The notes below the pieces were generated by a model that saw only the letters and a program-made list of their open reading frames with translations, did no database searches and had not been told where the DNA came from. Positions 33,501-44,676 of a stretch of 64,000 nt of DNA are shown here, in pieces. The position numbers and the translations under genes are program-made. Each line of letters opens with the position of its first letter. Position 1 is the first letter of the stretch. This DNA is from Eutreptiella sp. 'Long Island Sound 2002' (lineage: Eukaryota; Protista; Euglenida). The stretch spans positions 14,136,001-14,200,000 of the forward strand of contig OZ038378.1 in assembly GCA_964036045.1 (NCBI GenBank), given 5' to 3'.

Positions 33501-34157
33501 GCTGAACACAAATACTGCAGTGGTGTGGTTGGCTGTAAGGCCACCAAGAAGCAAAACACGTGTGCGTTGCCATATGACCCTACCTGTGCCATCAAGCCAG
33601 CACCAGGGAGGAATCCCCATCTGCTGCTGCTCGGCATATATTAACCGTGCAGTCTCCAAGAAACGGTTTGTGGTAAAAACAACTGACATGAAGGGGGTGA
33701 GGCGATAATCCAACAAGATCACCTCGTCGGGAGAGTCACTACTTCTTGGCCATGCGTCTAGCGTTTCCGTAAACTCCCCTATCGTCATATTCACGCCCCC
33801 CCCATAGTTTTTTCGGCGAGCCCCTTGCAAATGCCACCGTATTTTCTCCTGTAGGCGGTTGCGGGTGTAATCAATGCACATTTTCTTCTTCGTTTGCAGT
33901 GTATCAGCGATTTCCATGGGGGTTTTTCGATGTTCAAAATACTCTGTCTGAATGATTTCTCGAACACCCCCGTGCAACCAGGCCCCTCGTACCTTGAAAT
34001 CCGTATGATGGGGGCAATCGTCTGTATGCGGTGTAATAACATCCACATACCATTGCCCCTCAGAAGAAGTATCTCTGCGCACTTTTTGCCACCCATACCC
34101 CCCCCCCCCCACTGGGGGGTATGTCACGGGGGGTGGCCAATATAGGATTGGGACCAC
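30510..34157 (-). pseudogene. MULE transposase + SWIM + Zn fingers + Ulp1-like protease, one in-frame TAG at 33093
   Basis: WLDGT, FMSDGA, LCYWH and G*SPPGVPCSTPAEA (DDE core, CxxH). SWIM-like FCTCATYSTLGIC. Ulp1-like NFHWVL...KFDPL...RQDDFVSC. CFFC..CQEC..HC..H finger. ORFs 33093-34157 and 30510-33017 share a frame. Confidence 0.88.
34096..34121. mobile_element. Collapsed poly-C/poly-G MITE footprint (TA-C13-ACT-G6-TA) in the transposase
   Basis: A 22-bp core plus duplicated TA gives 24 nt in frame. Removing it turns VTYPPVGGGGYGWQKV into VTYGWQKV. Confidence 0.55.
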
Positions 34158-35023
34158 CCCCCACTAGCAATGCACATGGGGTTGCTCAGCCGCCATTTGA
34201 ACTCCTGCATACACAGGGACATATATACCGTAGAAACACGCACAGAACCAAAACAGCGGCCCTATGGAACTCCCTGTTCAACAATACATGCACCGGAACT
34301 ACATGAGCTACCCCCTTGGAATCCCAGTTCTCGGTCCCCACATTATACGGTGACGTTCATGGGCGCTCCTTGTGGGGTGGGGTCCTGGGAACACACATAG
34401 CAAGAAAAAATAGAAACCGGATCGAGAGGTGCAAGTTTGTTGGGGGGAGGGGGGAGCGAACTGGAGCTGAGTTCCCCATCGTGGCCATGCACACGCACAA
34501 AGAGAAAACACAACATACACCATACAATGGAGGGAAAAAAGCCAAGCCGGAGGTTTACTAGAACCCAAAAAATGTCCAATGAGTGTTGCAAACATGAATG
34601 TAATTGGATGTTTATAATGAGTCTGGTGATGTAATGCAATTTTATTGTCGGTCCCCCACATGCAGTGCACCGCACCATGGGTCTGTGTCTCTTTGCCCAT
34701 GAATAATGAATAAGCTCCGTCATCAGCTCAAGGGTAAAGATTCACAAACAACCAAGCAACAGTACACTGCATGTGTATTCCAAGGGTATCATCCGTGCCC
34801 ACGGGACTTGTTGTAGCCGATTTCTTCGTGCATGCCTCGGTGCCATCCGCAGAGCTTTGCTAATGGAGGACACTGTTGCATGCACGAAGGGCATTAGAAA
34901 AAAAATGGATCACATGCCGCCTGGGGAGTCAGCAAAGAGGAACAAATGATTCTATGTTCTTTAGTAGGGGTGTCCTTAACGGAAAAAAAAATGTTCGAAA
35001 ACCAGCTAAGCACGGTGGGTACG

Positions 35024-38000
35024 ATCAGAGCGGGGGGCAGAATCAGAAGTGGCCCACAAGTGGGCCAAATGGCTACCTCACCCCTGCCGTATCGGGGATC
35101 CCCACCGCTTCAGAGCGGGGGGCAGAATCAGAAGTGGCCCACAAGTGGGCAAAGTGGCTACCTCACCCCTGCCGTATCGGGGATCCCCACCGCTTCAGAG
35201 CGGGGGGCAGAATCAGAAGTGGCCCACAAGAGGGCAAAGTGGCTACCTCACCCCTGCCGTATCGGGGATCCCCACCGCTTCAGAGCGGGGGGCAGAATCA
35301 GAAGTGGCCCACAAGTGGGCGAAATGGCTACCTCACCCCTGCCGTATCGGGGATCCCCACCGCTTCAGAGCGGGGGGCAGAATCAGAAGTGGCCCACAAG
35401 TGGGCAAAGTGGCTACCTCACCCCTGCCGTATCGGGGATCCCCACCGCTTCAGAGCGGGGGGCAGAATCAGAAGTGGCCCACAAGTGGGCGAAATGGCTA
35501 CCTCACCCCTGCCGTATCGGGGATCCCCACCGCTTCAGAGCGGGGGGCAGAATCAGAAGTGGCCCACAAGTGGGCAAAGTGGCTACCTCACCCCTGCCGT
35601 ATCGGGGATCCCCACCGCTTCAGAGCGGGGGGCAGAATCAGAAGTGGCCCACAAGTGGGCAAAGTGGCTACCTCACCCCTGCCGTATCGGGGATCCCCAC
35701 CGCTTCAGAGCGGGGGGCAGAATCAGAAGTGGCCCACAAGTGGGCAAAGTGGCTACCTCACCCCTGCCGTATCGGGGATCCCCACCGCTTCAGAGCGGGG
35801 GGCAAAATCAGAAGTGGCCCACAAGTGGGCAAAGTGGCTACCTCACCCCTGCCGTATCGGGGATCCCCACCGCTTCAAAGCGGGGGGCAGAATCAGAAGT
35901 GGCCCACAAGTGGGCCAAATGGCTACCTCACCCCTGCCGTATCGGGGATCCCCACCGCTTCAGAGCGGGGGGCAGAATCAGAAGTGGCCCACAAGTGGGC
36001 AAAGTGGCTACCTCACCCCTGCCGTATCGGGGATCCCCACCGCTTCAGAGCGGGGGGCAGAATCAGAAGTGGCCCACAAGTGGGCAAAGTGGCTACCTCA
36101 CCCCTGCCGTATCGGGGATCCCCACCGCTTCAGAGCGGGGGGCAGAATCAGAAGTGGCCCACAAGTGGGCGAAATGGCTACCTCACCCCGCCGTATCGGG
36201 GATCCCCACCGCTTCAGAGCGGGGGGCAGAATCAGAAGTGGCCCACAAGTGGGCGAAATGGCTACCTCACCCCTGCCGTATCGGGGATCCCCACCGCTTC
36301 AGAGCGGGGGGCAGAATCAGAAGTGGCCCACAAGTGGGCAAAGTGGCTACCTCACCCCTGCCGTATCGGGGATCCCCACCGCTTCAGAGCGGGGGGCGGA
36401 ATCAGAAGTGGCCCACAAGTGGGCGAAATGGCTACCTCACCCCTGCCGTATCGGGGATCCCCACCGCTTCAGAGCGGGGGGCAGAATCAGAAGTGGCCCA
36501 CAAGTGGGCAAAGTGGCTACCTCACCCCTGCCGTATCGGGGATCCCCACCGCTTCAGAGCGGGGGGCAGAATCAGAAGTGGCCCACAAGTGGGCGAAATG
36601 GCTACCTCACCCCTGCCGTATCGGGGATCCCCACCGCTTCAGAGCGGGGGGCAGAATCAGAAGTGGCCCACAAGTGGGCAAAGTGGCTACCTCACCCCTG
36701 CCGTATCGGGGATCCCCACCGCTTCAGAGCGGGGGGCGGAATCAGAAGTGGCCCACAAGTGGGCGAAATGGCTACCTCACCCCTGCCGTATCGGGGATCC
36801 CCACCGCTTCAGAGCGTGGGGCAGAATCAGAAGTGGCCCACAAGTGGGCAAAGTGGCTACCTCACCCCTGCCGTATCGGGGATCCCCACCGCTTCAGAGC
36901 GGGGGGCAGAATCAGAAGTGGCCCACAAGTGGGCAAAGTGGCTACCTCACCCCTGCCGTATCGGGGATCCCCACCGCTTCAGAGCGGGGGGCAGAATCAG
37001 AAGTGGCCCACAAGTGGGCAAAGTGGCTACCTCACCCCTGCCGTATCGGGGATCCCCACCGCTTCAGAGCGGGGGGCAGAATCAGAAGTGGCCCACAAGT
37101 GGGCAAAGTGGCTACCTCACCCCTGCCGTATCGGGGATCCCCACCGCTTCAGAGCGGGGGGCAGAATCAGAAGTGGCCCACAAGTGGGCAAAGTGGCTAC
37201 CTCACCCCTGCCGTATCGGGGATCCCCACCGCTTCAGAGCGGGGGGCAGAATCAGAAGTGGCCCACAAGTGGGCGAAATGGCTACCTCACCCCGCCGTAT
37301 CGGGGATCCCCACCGCTTCAGAGCGGGGGGCAGAATCAGAAGTGGCCCACAAGTGGGCAAAGTGGCTACCTCACCCCTGCCGTACCGGGGATCCCCACCG
37401 CTTCAGAGCGGGGGGCAAAATCAGAAGTGGCCCACAAGTGGGCAAAGTGGCTACCTCACCCCTGCCGTATCGGGGATCCCCACCGCTTCAGAGCGGGGGG
37501 CAGAATCAGAAGTGGCCCACAAGTGGGCAAAGTGGCTACCTCACCCCTGCCGTATCGGGGATCCCCAACGCTTCAGAGCGGGGGGCAGAATCAGAAGTGG
37601 CCCACAAGTGGGCAAAGTGGCTACCTCACCCCTGCCGTATCGGGGATCCCCACCGCTTCAGAGCGGGGGGCAGAATCAGAAGTGGCCCACAAGTGGGCAA
37701 AGTGGCTACCTCACCCCTGCCGTATCGGGGATCCCCACCGCTTCAGAGCGGGGGGCAGAATCAGAAGTGGCCCACAAGTGGGCAAAGTGGCTACCTCACC
37801 CCTGCCGTATCGGGGATCCCCACCGCTTCAGAGCGGGGGGCAGAATCAGAAGTGGCCCACAAGTGGGCAAACTGGCTACCTCACCCCTGCCGTATCGGGG
37901 ATCCCCACCGCTTCAGAGCGGGGGTCAGAATCAGAAGTGGCCCACAAGTGGGCGAAATGGCTACCTCACCCCTGCCGTATCGGGGATCCCCACCGCTTCA

Positions 38001-38360
38001 GAGCGGGGGGCAGAATCAGAAGTGGCCCACAAGTGGGCAAAGTGGCTACCTCACCCCTGCCGTATCGGGGATCCCCACCGCTTCAGAGCGGGGGGCAGAA
38101 TCAGAAGTGGCCCACAAGTGGGCAAAGTGGCTACCTCACCCCTGCCGTATCGGGGATCCCCACCGCTTCAGAGCGGGGGGCAGAATCAGAAGTGGCCCAC
38201 AAGTGGGCAAAGTGGCTACCTCACCCCTGCCGTATCGGGGATCCCCACCGCTTCAGAGCGGGGGGCAGAATCAGAAGTGGCCCACAAGTGGGCGAAATGG
38301 CTACCTCACCCCTACCGTATCGGGGATCCCCACCGCTTCAGAGCGGGGGGCAAAATCAGA
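35024..38360 (+). repeat. 85-bp tandem satellite, about 39 near-identical copies, inside the MULE
   Basis: AATCAGAAGTGGCCCACAAG starts at 35041, 35126, 35211, 35296 and so on. Two 84-bp units at about 36190 and 37293. Confidence 0.98.
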
Positions 38361-38377
38361 AAAAAGGGCTTTTTTCT

Positions 38378-38668
38378 ACTAATTTTTTTACTGAGTAAAA
38401 AAAAAATTTTTTTTTCTACTCAGTTTTTCACTGAGTAAAAAAAAAAATTTATTTTCTACTCAGTTTTTTACCGAGTAAAAAAAAAATTTTTTTTTTCTAC
38501 TCAGTTTTTTACTGAGTAAAAAAAAATATTTTTTTTTCTACTCAGTTTCGCAACTGAGTAGAAACCCCACTTACTGAGTAAAAAAAACTTTTTTTACTCA
38601 GTTTGAAACTGAGTAAAAAAAAAAATTTTAAAAAAAAATTTTTTTTTACTCAGTTTTACCACGGACAC
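38378..38668. repeat. MULE right TIR with alternating ACTGAGTA-An-Tn-TACTCAGT palindromes
   Basis: About five hairpin units, ending TACTCAGTTTTACCACGGACAC. Confidence 0.9.
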
Positions 38669-39568
38669 CCCCTGAACAACGCTGATCGAAGTCAGCAGGT
38701 CACATCATACACACGGGACACGGATGGTACTCACAGCCTTTATGAAACATCCGGGTGTGTGTGCCATACTGTGCTGTTGCTCGTCTCTGCTAAGCTGTAG
38801 GAATGAGGAAGCACGCAAAAGTTACTGAGCACCAGCACCACTCCCTTTAGTTCAGCTTAGAGCATGCCTCCCAGGATTGGCCTTGACCTGAATGTTATCC
38901 TTCGGTCTGGCCAACGAACAAGAGAGCACAAAAAATGGAAGAAAGCGCGAAAAAAAATGCAGATACACCCCTGCAGAGGGAATCTGGTGCCCCTTCCTCT
39001 CATTCTCTGCCAACCGGATGATGGCTGAGGGTGGGGGGGGGGGGGGTATGCAGCCTCCCGCCCTTGAGTGGCACCCTGGAAGGCGCTTGAAAAGGCATGT
39101 GCCTCAGGCGAACCGGTTCCAGAAGCGCTCTGTGAACGTCTGTGTCGAACACGGTCAGCCTTCTGGAGATTCCGTTCACACCATTTGTCAGCAGCAGGAC
39201 ATGAACCTGACTTGCAAACGTGCTTGTGGTTAGTCGTAAGGTTGGCTGGGTTTGTCTTGGTAGCCTTGCTGGGGGGCTCCAAATCACTGTTGCGAACGTT
39301 GTGAGGACGTGTTCCAAAACCCCGTATGCAACAGGTACACTGTCGGATGAGGATGTAGGGCGCAATGAACAAACCCTCTCATCACAGAAACCAGCCAATT
39401 CTCAAGACAATGGTACATACATCCGGTACCTGTTTACCTTCTTTACCCTGCTAACCGGCTTCCTGGTATGTCCCTGAGGATGCCCCCCCATCCCCATCCC
39501 CGGTGACAGTCAAGAGACAAATAGGGAGACTGGATCACAGGACGCATGTCATTTGGGTTTGATGCTTT

Positions 39569-42225
39569 TCAGCCCGGCTTCGTGCGGAAGGCCACGCGGA
39601 ACGCCTGCTCAAGCTCCGGGGTGAACGGGGCCGCACGCATGGCCGCATCGGACTGCAGCACGTGGAGGGAACTGTCGTGGTTCGCTGGCTGCCACAGTGT
39701 GGGGCGGTACTGCTGGCCCCCAGCGAGGTACCCGTGCTCCTGCTGCGGGATGAGGACGACGCGGCGGCAGTGGGGCAACGCGCTCAGGGCCTGCCAGCAC
39801 TGTTTGTCCGGCCAATGAGGCAGTATGACCAGGAACGTCAGCCTCCTGCCATGCGCGCACGCGAGGTCAAGCAGAGCGCGCATGCGCTCGGCCATGGCGG
39901 TGACCAGCGCGTCCACAAAGGGCGGATTCGCGAGGTACGCACCGCGTCGCGGGGCCGTTCCAAAGAAGGAGCCCACTGATCCGAACGGTGCGTCAACATC
40001 GGGGGCGGCAGAACAGAACGTGGGAAACCGCGCGTTGAGGGGGGAGGCGAAGAGCTCCTGCCGCACGCCGAGCCCTGTCAAAGAGCAGCGCAGAGGATGG
40101 AATCGATGTGCGGTAGCGCTGCACGCAGTACCTCTGCGCCAGTCGTGTACTCGCAGCGTGAAAATTTGGAACAAGTTGAGGCGGTGGGAGAGGGGGGAGG
40201 GGCTGGTGGCAAGGGAGAGGGGAGAGGGTGTGAATGTGGGGTGTGGAATGTGACCACGCTGACCATGCAACGGGCCCACATGGACCTTTCACCACCGGCA
40301 ATGTGGACCATGCACACCATGTGCCACTCTGTGTGCATATTTGGCTAAACCCAAAGGTAATTCTGCTCGCCAAATGGCCAGCGAGATTCTCTACCCTTCC
40401 TTGCATGATCTCTTGTAAGATATCTGGTCATATATCCTTGAGGCCAATATCAATGCCTGCCTGAGCATTGTATTCTACCCGCCAGTCAGTCTTGTGATGC
40501 ATGAACAAGTTATACATGGCTGTTGCGTTATGAATGTACTAATTCTAACATGGCTCCCCATCATCATCATCCAGTCTCCGCCTACAAGGACAAAAACGGG
40601 TGAAAAAGGGTGCAAATGGGCGAAAGGGGTGAAAGTGCGCCTAGTGTGCGCCATGTGCCCCTAACACGGCTACATAACATGACAACTGTGTGTCAACTGT
40701 TTCAGCGAAACCTGTCAACAACCACCAAACACCCTTTCTATAGCCTATCTTACACGTTCTTGTCACATGGAAACCATCAATGGAAATAAAGTCGCTTTCC
40801 GGGCATGAAATCCACAAGCTTTTGAAAATGCCCAAACCAAAGTTTGGGCATTTGTCAACGTAGAAAACTTTGCGCTGTGTGCCACAACGCTTGAACAGCA
40901 CTCCCCCAAAGGTTCGAGGTGCAAGTCATCTGCCAGATTATCACTGAATCCGTCCACATGTGGAGATCCCATGCAAAGGACCAAACTACCCCGCTCAAAG
41001 CAAAGGCACGGCCACACGGGACAGTGGCCTGGGCACTTTGCAGACTCAAGCTCCACCAACAGTCGGAGAGGCAGGTGTACCCCAGGCCACCCTGGACTCA
41101 TTCCGGTGAGGAGCGCGGTGAGAATGACTCAGGTCCAGGGCAGGGAGGGGGCCTGGGCCAGAGGACAAAGGGCTACGGTTAGACCTGGGGCTCTGGCTCA
41201 GGCCCAAACCCTGTCTACCTTCCAAAGGGGATGACATCGCAGCCTATGCCTTCAGGCAACAGCGCCTTCAGCACACAGCAACGCGCGCGCACCCACCCAT
41301 CGCATCACGTACACACACACACACACACACAGACCAGTACATCCACGAACATACACCCACTGCCACTACAACAGCACAAACCGTCGCGGAGAATGTCGAA
41401 CACCGCAGGCGGGCATGCAGCCTGTGTGCCACCGGCCTTTTCCTGCCCACCCTGTAATGCCTGCAGCCGTGCAAGCGCTGCGAATGCATGCCCCAAAAAC
41501 TCCGCCTCGGTGTGCCCGTCTGCCGCAGCGGCCACTCCTGCGCGAGCATCCGCAGCCACCACCGCAGCTGACTCGCGCCGCCGCTTCCGACTGCGATTCT
41601 TGTCTGGTGCCTGCGACGCACGGGCGGCTGCCTTTGAACGGGTGGCAGCGTGCATCTCCCGAAGCTTCTGCAGGTGGACCTCCGACACACGCACCTCGGC
41701 CCCGTCACACGTGATTGCGAGCAGTGGCGAGTGCGGCAGGGGCACCCCTCGCATGGGGGGCGCCGGTGGGAGCCGGCGAACCAGGCAGGCATTGCCAGTA
41801 GAAGCTGCTGTTGAGGATTGCACAAGCTGCGCAGCACGGGCCTCGACCTGCCTCAAAAGGTCCTCCTTTCGCGCACGCAGCTTTGCGCACACCTCCAGCG
41901 CCTCCGATTCGGACACGTCCGCACGCATCAACTTCCGAACGAGCTCGGCGTCGCCTGATGCGCTGGGCAGCACCGCGACCGAAGCTGCATCCCCCAGGGC
42001 GCACGCGCGGCCGGCCCACAGCCACAACTCGAAGTGGGTGAACCACTTGCGGCCCCCGAGGGCTTGGCCACAGAGGGCGTTGAAGGTCTCACTGAGCTGC
42101 TGCACGGCCTTTAGGCGCGCGGCCTCGGTGCGAGGGCACACATGACCACTGGACACGCGAGCTCTCGCTCCGCCGCGGAGTGAAACCGCATCCGGCGAGA
42201 GGTCGAGGAGCGAGCGGGAGGGCAT
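39569..42225 (-). CDS. PCIF1: PCIF1/CAPAM-like N6-adenine methyltransferase; exons 42225-41382 and 40074-39569
   Basis: GGTQAACPPAVFDILRDG|LGVRQELFASPLN...FGSVGSFF...YLANPPFVD...FLVILPHW...EHGY match PCIF1 catalytic-domain motifs. A GT-AG intron at 41381-40075 joins the exons in frame. The start codon follows ACTCCACAG. Confidence 0.85.
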
Positions 42226-43219
42226 ACACTGTGGAGTGGTAAGGGCAATCCTGTGCCCTCTTTCCCAAGTGTAAATTCCCCAAGGGTACAGTGACACGTG
42301 AGGGGGTAGGGCGCCGCAGTCACATGCCTATGACGGAACAAGTTCCTGAAGCGGGACCACTCGTGCTACAGTGTGCATTTCACTCTGAGAAGTCCACAAA
42401 GGATTGAAACAATGAGCTAGGAGGTATTAAACCACTTAGTCAGCTTGCCGGGTCTAAGTTCAGTATTGATTAGCTGTTTGTTTGCTTGTTTGCGGGGGCA
42501 TTGATGGGGAGAAGTGCGTCACCCTCCATGTTGACAGTCTTGTCCAGCTCATAAGGCGAGAGCAGGGAACATGGCAGAGGGTAACGCAAAGGGGAACGAG
42601 ACGTTGACATCAATCGACACACCTCGTGGAGGGGGACAGGGAGTGTGTAGTATCCCCATTAGGACTATGAGGGGGATGGTGACCTGAATGCATGGGACAT
42701 CCAGATACGGGTACAGCCTGGTGTCCACACTCATTTTTATTCAATTGCCCCCTTTTGATGATGGCCCCCACTAAGGGACACGTGAGACATCCCTTGTGTA
42801 GTGCACCGGTCAAAAACCCGGGCACAGTGGGAGAACACATCGCTATTTTGCCCAACAAGTGACGCAAACTGTGGGTGCTTCTTCTACTTTGGCGGCCAAA
42901 TAGTTGTACCGGGTGGGCACAGCATGCGTAGTGTGCATACTGCACTCAATGTATCCCCTCAGGAGTATCAGGAAATTGCAGGTGAACGTTTGCCCTGCAC
43001 TATTGTTTGACACGTGTCCCATACTTCAGTCCCGGATCTGCCCTCCTCCTACCCTTTGAGAAGCCCCAAACCCCATCAACCCCAAAACGATCCCTGCACA
43101 GCCACAAGACAAACAACTACATAAGCTCTACCCTCTGGGTCGCCCAGGTGAAGAAGACCTGTATAGACCCTTGGATGGTGCCAATTACAGGTGCTTAGGG
43201 GCCCCCTTAGGGGAAACGT

Positions 43220-44105
43220 TTGCCCGGGGCGCACCTTGCAGGTGCCCGGCGCGCTACTTTTCTATTAACTATCCCAACTTCAGTAAGTATCCCAACTTCA
43301 GCCCCACATTTACCCTCTCATGGAGAAGCCCCCCAAGTAGACCACGTTGGACCTCACACCTTCCCTACAAAGCACGTTGCATAATAAGGCAATCGCTGTG
43401 AATTCAACAACTCCAAATGTCATTTGTATTGTACCCCCCCCCCCCCCCCCTTGTCGTTCCCCACCCCAGGGAAGACGGTCCCCCATCACCCCCTGGGGGA
43501 CGGTCACCAAGTGACGGTCCCCCACCCCCCCCTGGGGGACCGCACCACCACCGTACACGCGGGGCGGAGAGGGAGCACGTAGCAGTGAGAGGCACCAAAC
43601 AGACGCACGGTCGTGCAAGACGGTCTTGCCATCACGGTCATAAGTGATGCGGCGATATGCATCACTGTGCTCCGAATGTCCAACGACCTGCGCCAAAACA
43701 GGTTCCCCTGTGGAGCGGATGGACATCACACTTGTCCCAGATGGAAACATGGTTGTGCTATCAAGTTCCATTTCAGCGAAAGTGAGCAAAATGTCCTGCC
43801 ATGAGTGCAAGGGATACAAGTGGCAGTGCCCCACAACACAGTCACCCACACAACAACACAATGAGCCGCAACGAAAAATTTTGGGTTGACCAAGTGACGG
43901 TCCCCCACCCCCCCTGGGGAACGACAAGGGGTGGGGAACGACAAGGGGGGGGGGGGGGTACTTAACAAACAACATTGGTCCCACAAGTGTGGGTGTCAAT
44001 ACGTTCAGCACAATAGGGCTCTTCACACTCACCACAAACTGTGATGGTGGAACGCTTCTGACAACACAACACACACACTTCTGCCTCATCCTCTGCCTCA
44101 TCCTG
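43220..44105 (+). repeat. Dispersed repeat interrupted by a MITE; shorter copy at 60045-60290
   Basis: 43220-43347 and 43965-44105 match 60045-60147 and 60150-60290. Confidence 0.85.
43434..43958. mobile_element. MITE with poly-C/poly-G TIRs and TA TSD
   Basis: TA-Cn-TTGTCGTTCCCC ... GGGGAACGACAA-Gn-TA; internal CAAGTGACGGTCCCCCACCCCCCCTGGGG occurs twice. Confidence 0.8.
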
Positions 44106-44577
44106 CGTGGTGGCCGAGTTGCTTTTGTTGTCCAAAAATGAGGCGGGACATGCTCCCATGGTCCATAAGGGGGGGGGGGGGTGACGCGGGTCCCCGTGGT
44201 GGGGAGAAATCAATATGGCTACATCAACCCTGCCTTCTCGGGGTTCCCGTGGTGGGGAGAAATCAACCTAGTAAGGAGTGGATGTGGTGGAAACCTTACA
44301 ACGGATCAATATTCATTTGCAACACTTCACGTAGAACTTACACACAATTTACAAATTCACAATAAATTTACACATAATTTACAGCAGCTCATACACAAAT
44401 AACACAAAAATTTCCAGAAATTCTATTGCCTTCGGCAGTGCACCTCGAAGAGAGGTTGACAGTCAGCCAATCAGTCCCTGAGCCAGCAAGCAGGCAGTCA
44501 GACAGATACACACAGTTTGGGTTTTTTGTCAGTGGCAGATGCGGTTTCAAGCAGCAGGGAGGCTCCATCTCGCAACT

Positions 44578-44650
44578 CAAGCAGTGGCCAAGTGGTAATG
44601 CGGCCGACCTGCATTTGTGTAGTCGGAGGTTCGAGCCCCAGACTGGCCAT
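44578..44650 (+). other. tRNA-like Pol III head (SINE or pseudo-tRNA)
   Basis: A box TGGCCAAGTGGT, B box GGTTCGAGCCC and a CCGAC/GTCGG stem. Acceptor and T stems do not pair. Confidence 0.5.
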
Positions 44651-44654
44651 TTTG

Positions 44655-44676
44655 GCGCCGCCGCCGGCGGCGGCGC
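44655..44676. repeat. Perfect 22-bp GC palindrome
   Basis: GCGCCGCCGCC|GGCGGCGGCGC. Confidence 0.95.

Larger units (their letters stand above)
30153..38668 (-). mobile_element. Mutator-like element (MULE), 8516 bp, 9-bp TSD CCCCTGAAC
   Basis: TSD at 30144-30152 and 38669-38677. Termini GGGTATTTGGTAAAACTGAGTA and (reverse complement) GTGTCCGTGGTAAAACTGAGTA align without gaps. Subterminal ACTGAGTA repeats at both ends; internal transposase. Confidence 0.9.

Noticed and set aside
35024-38360. CRISPR array
   Set aside because: Units are contiguous and near-identical with no unique spacers; there are no cas genes and the context is eukaryotic.
34876-38438. Three ORFs over 1100 aa on the plus strand
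   Set aside because: They are an artefact of a stop-free 85-bp unit; the same 85-aa cycle appears in all three frames.
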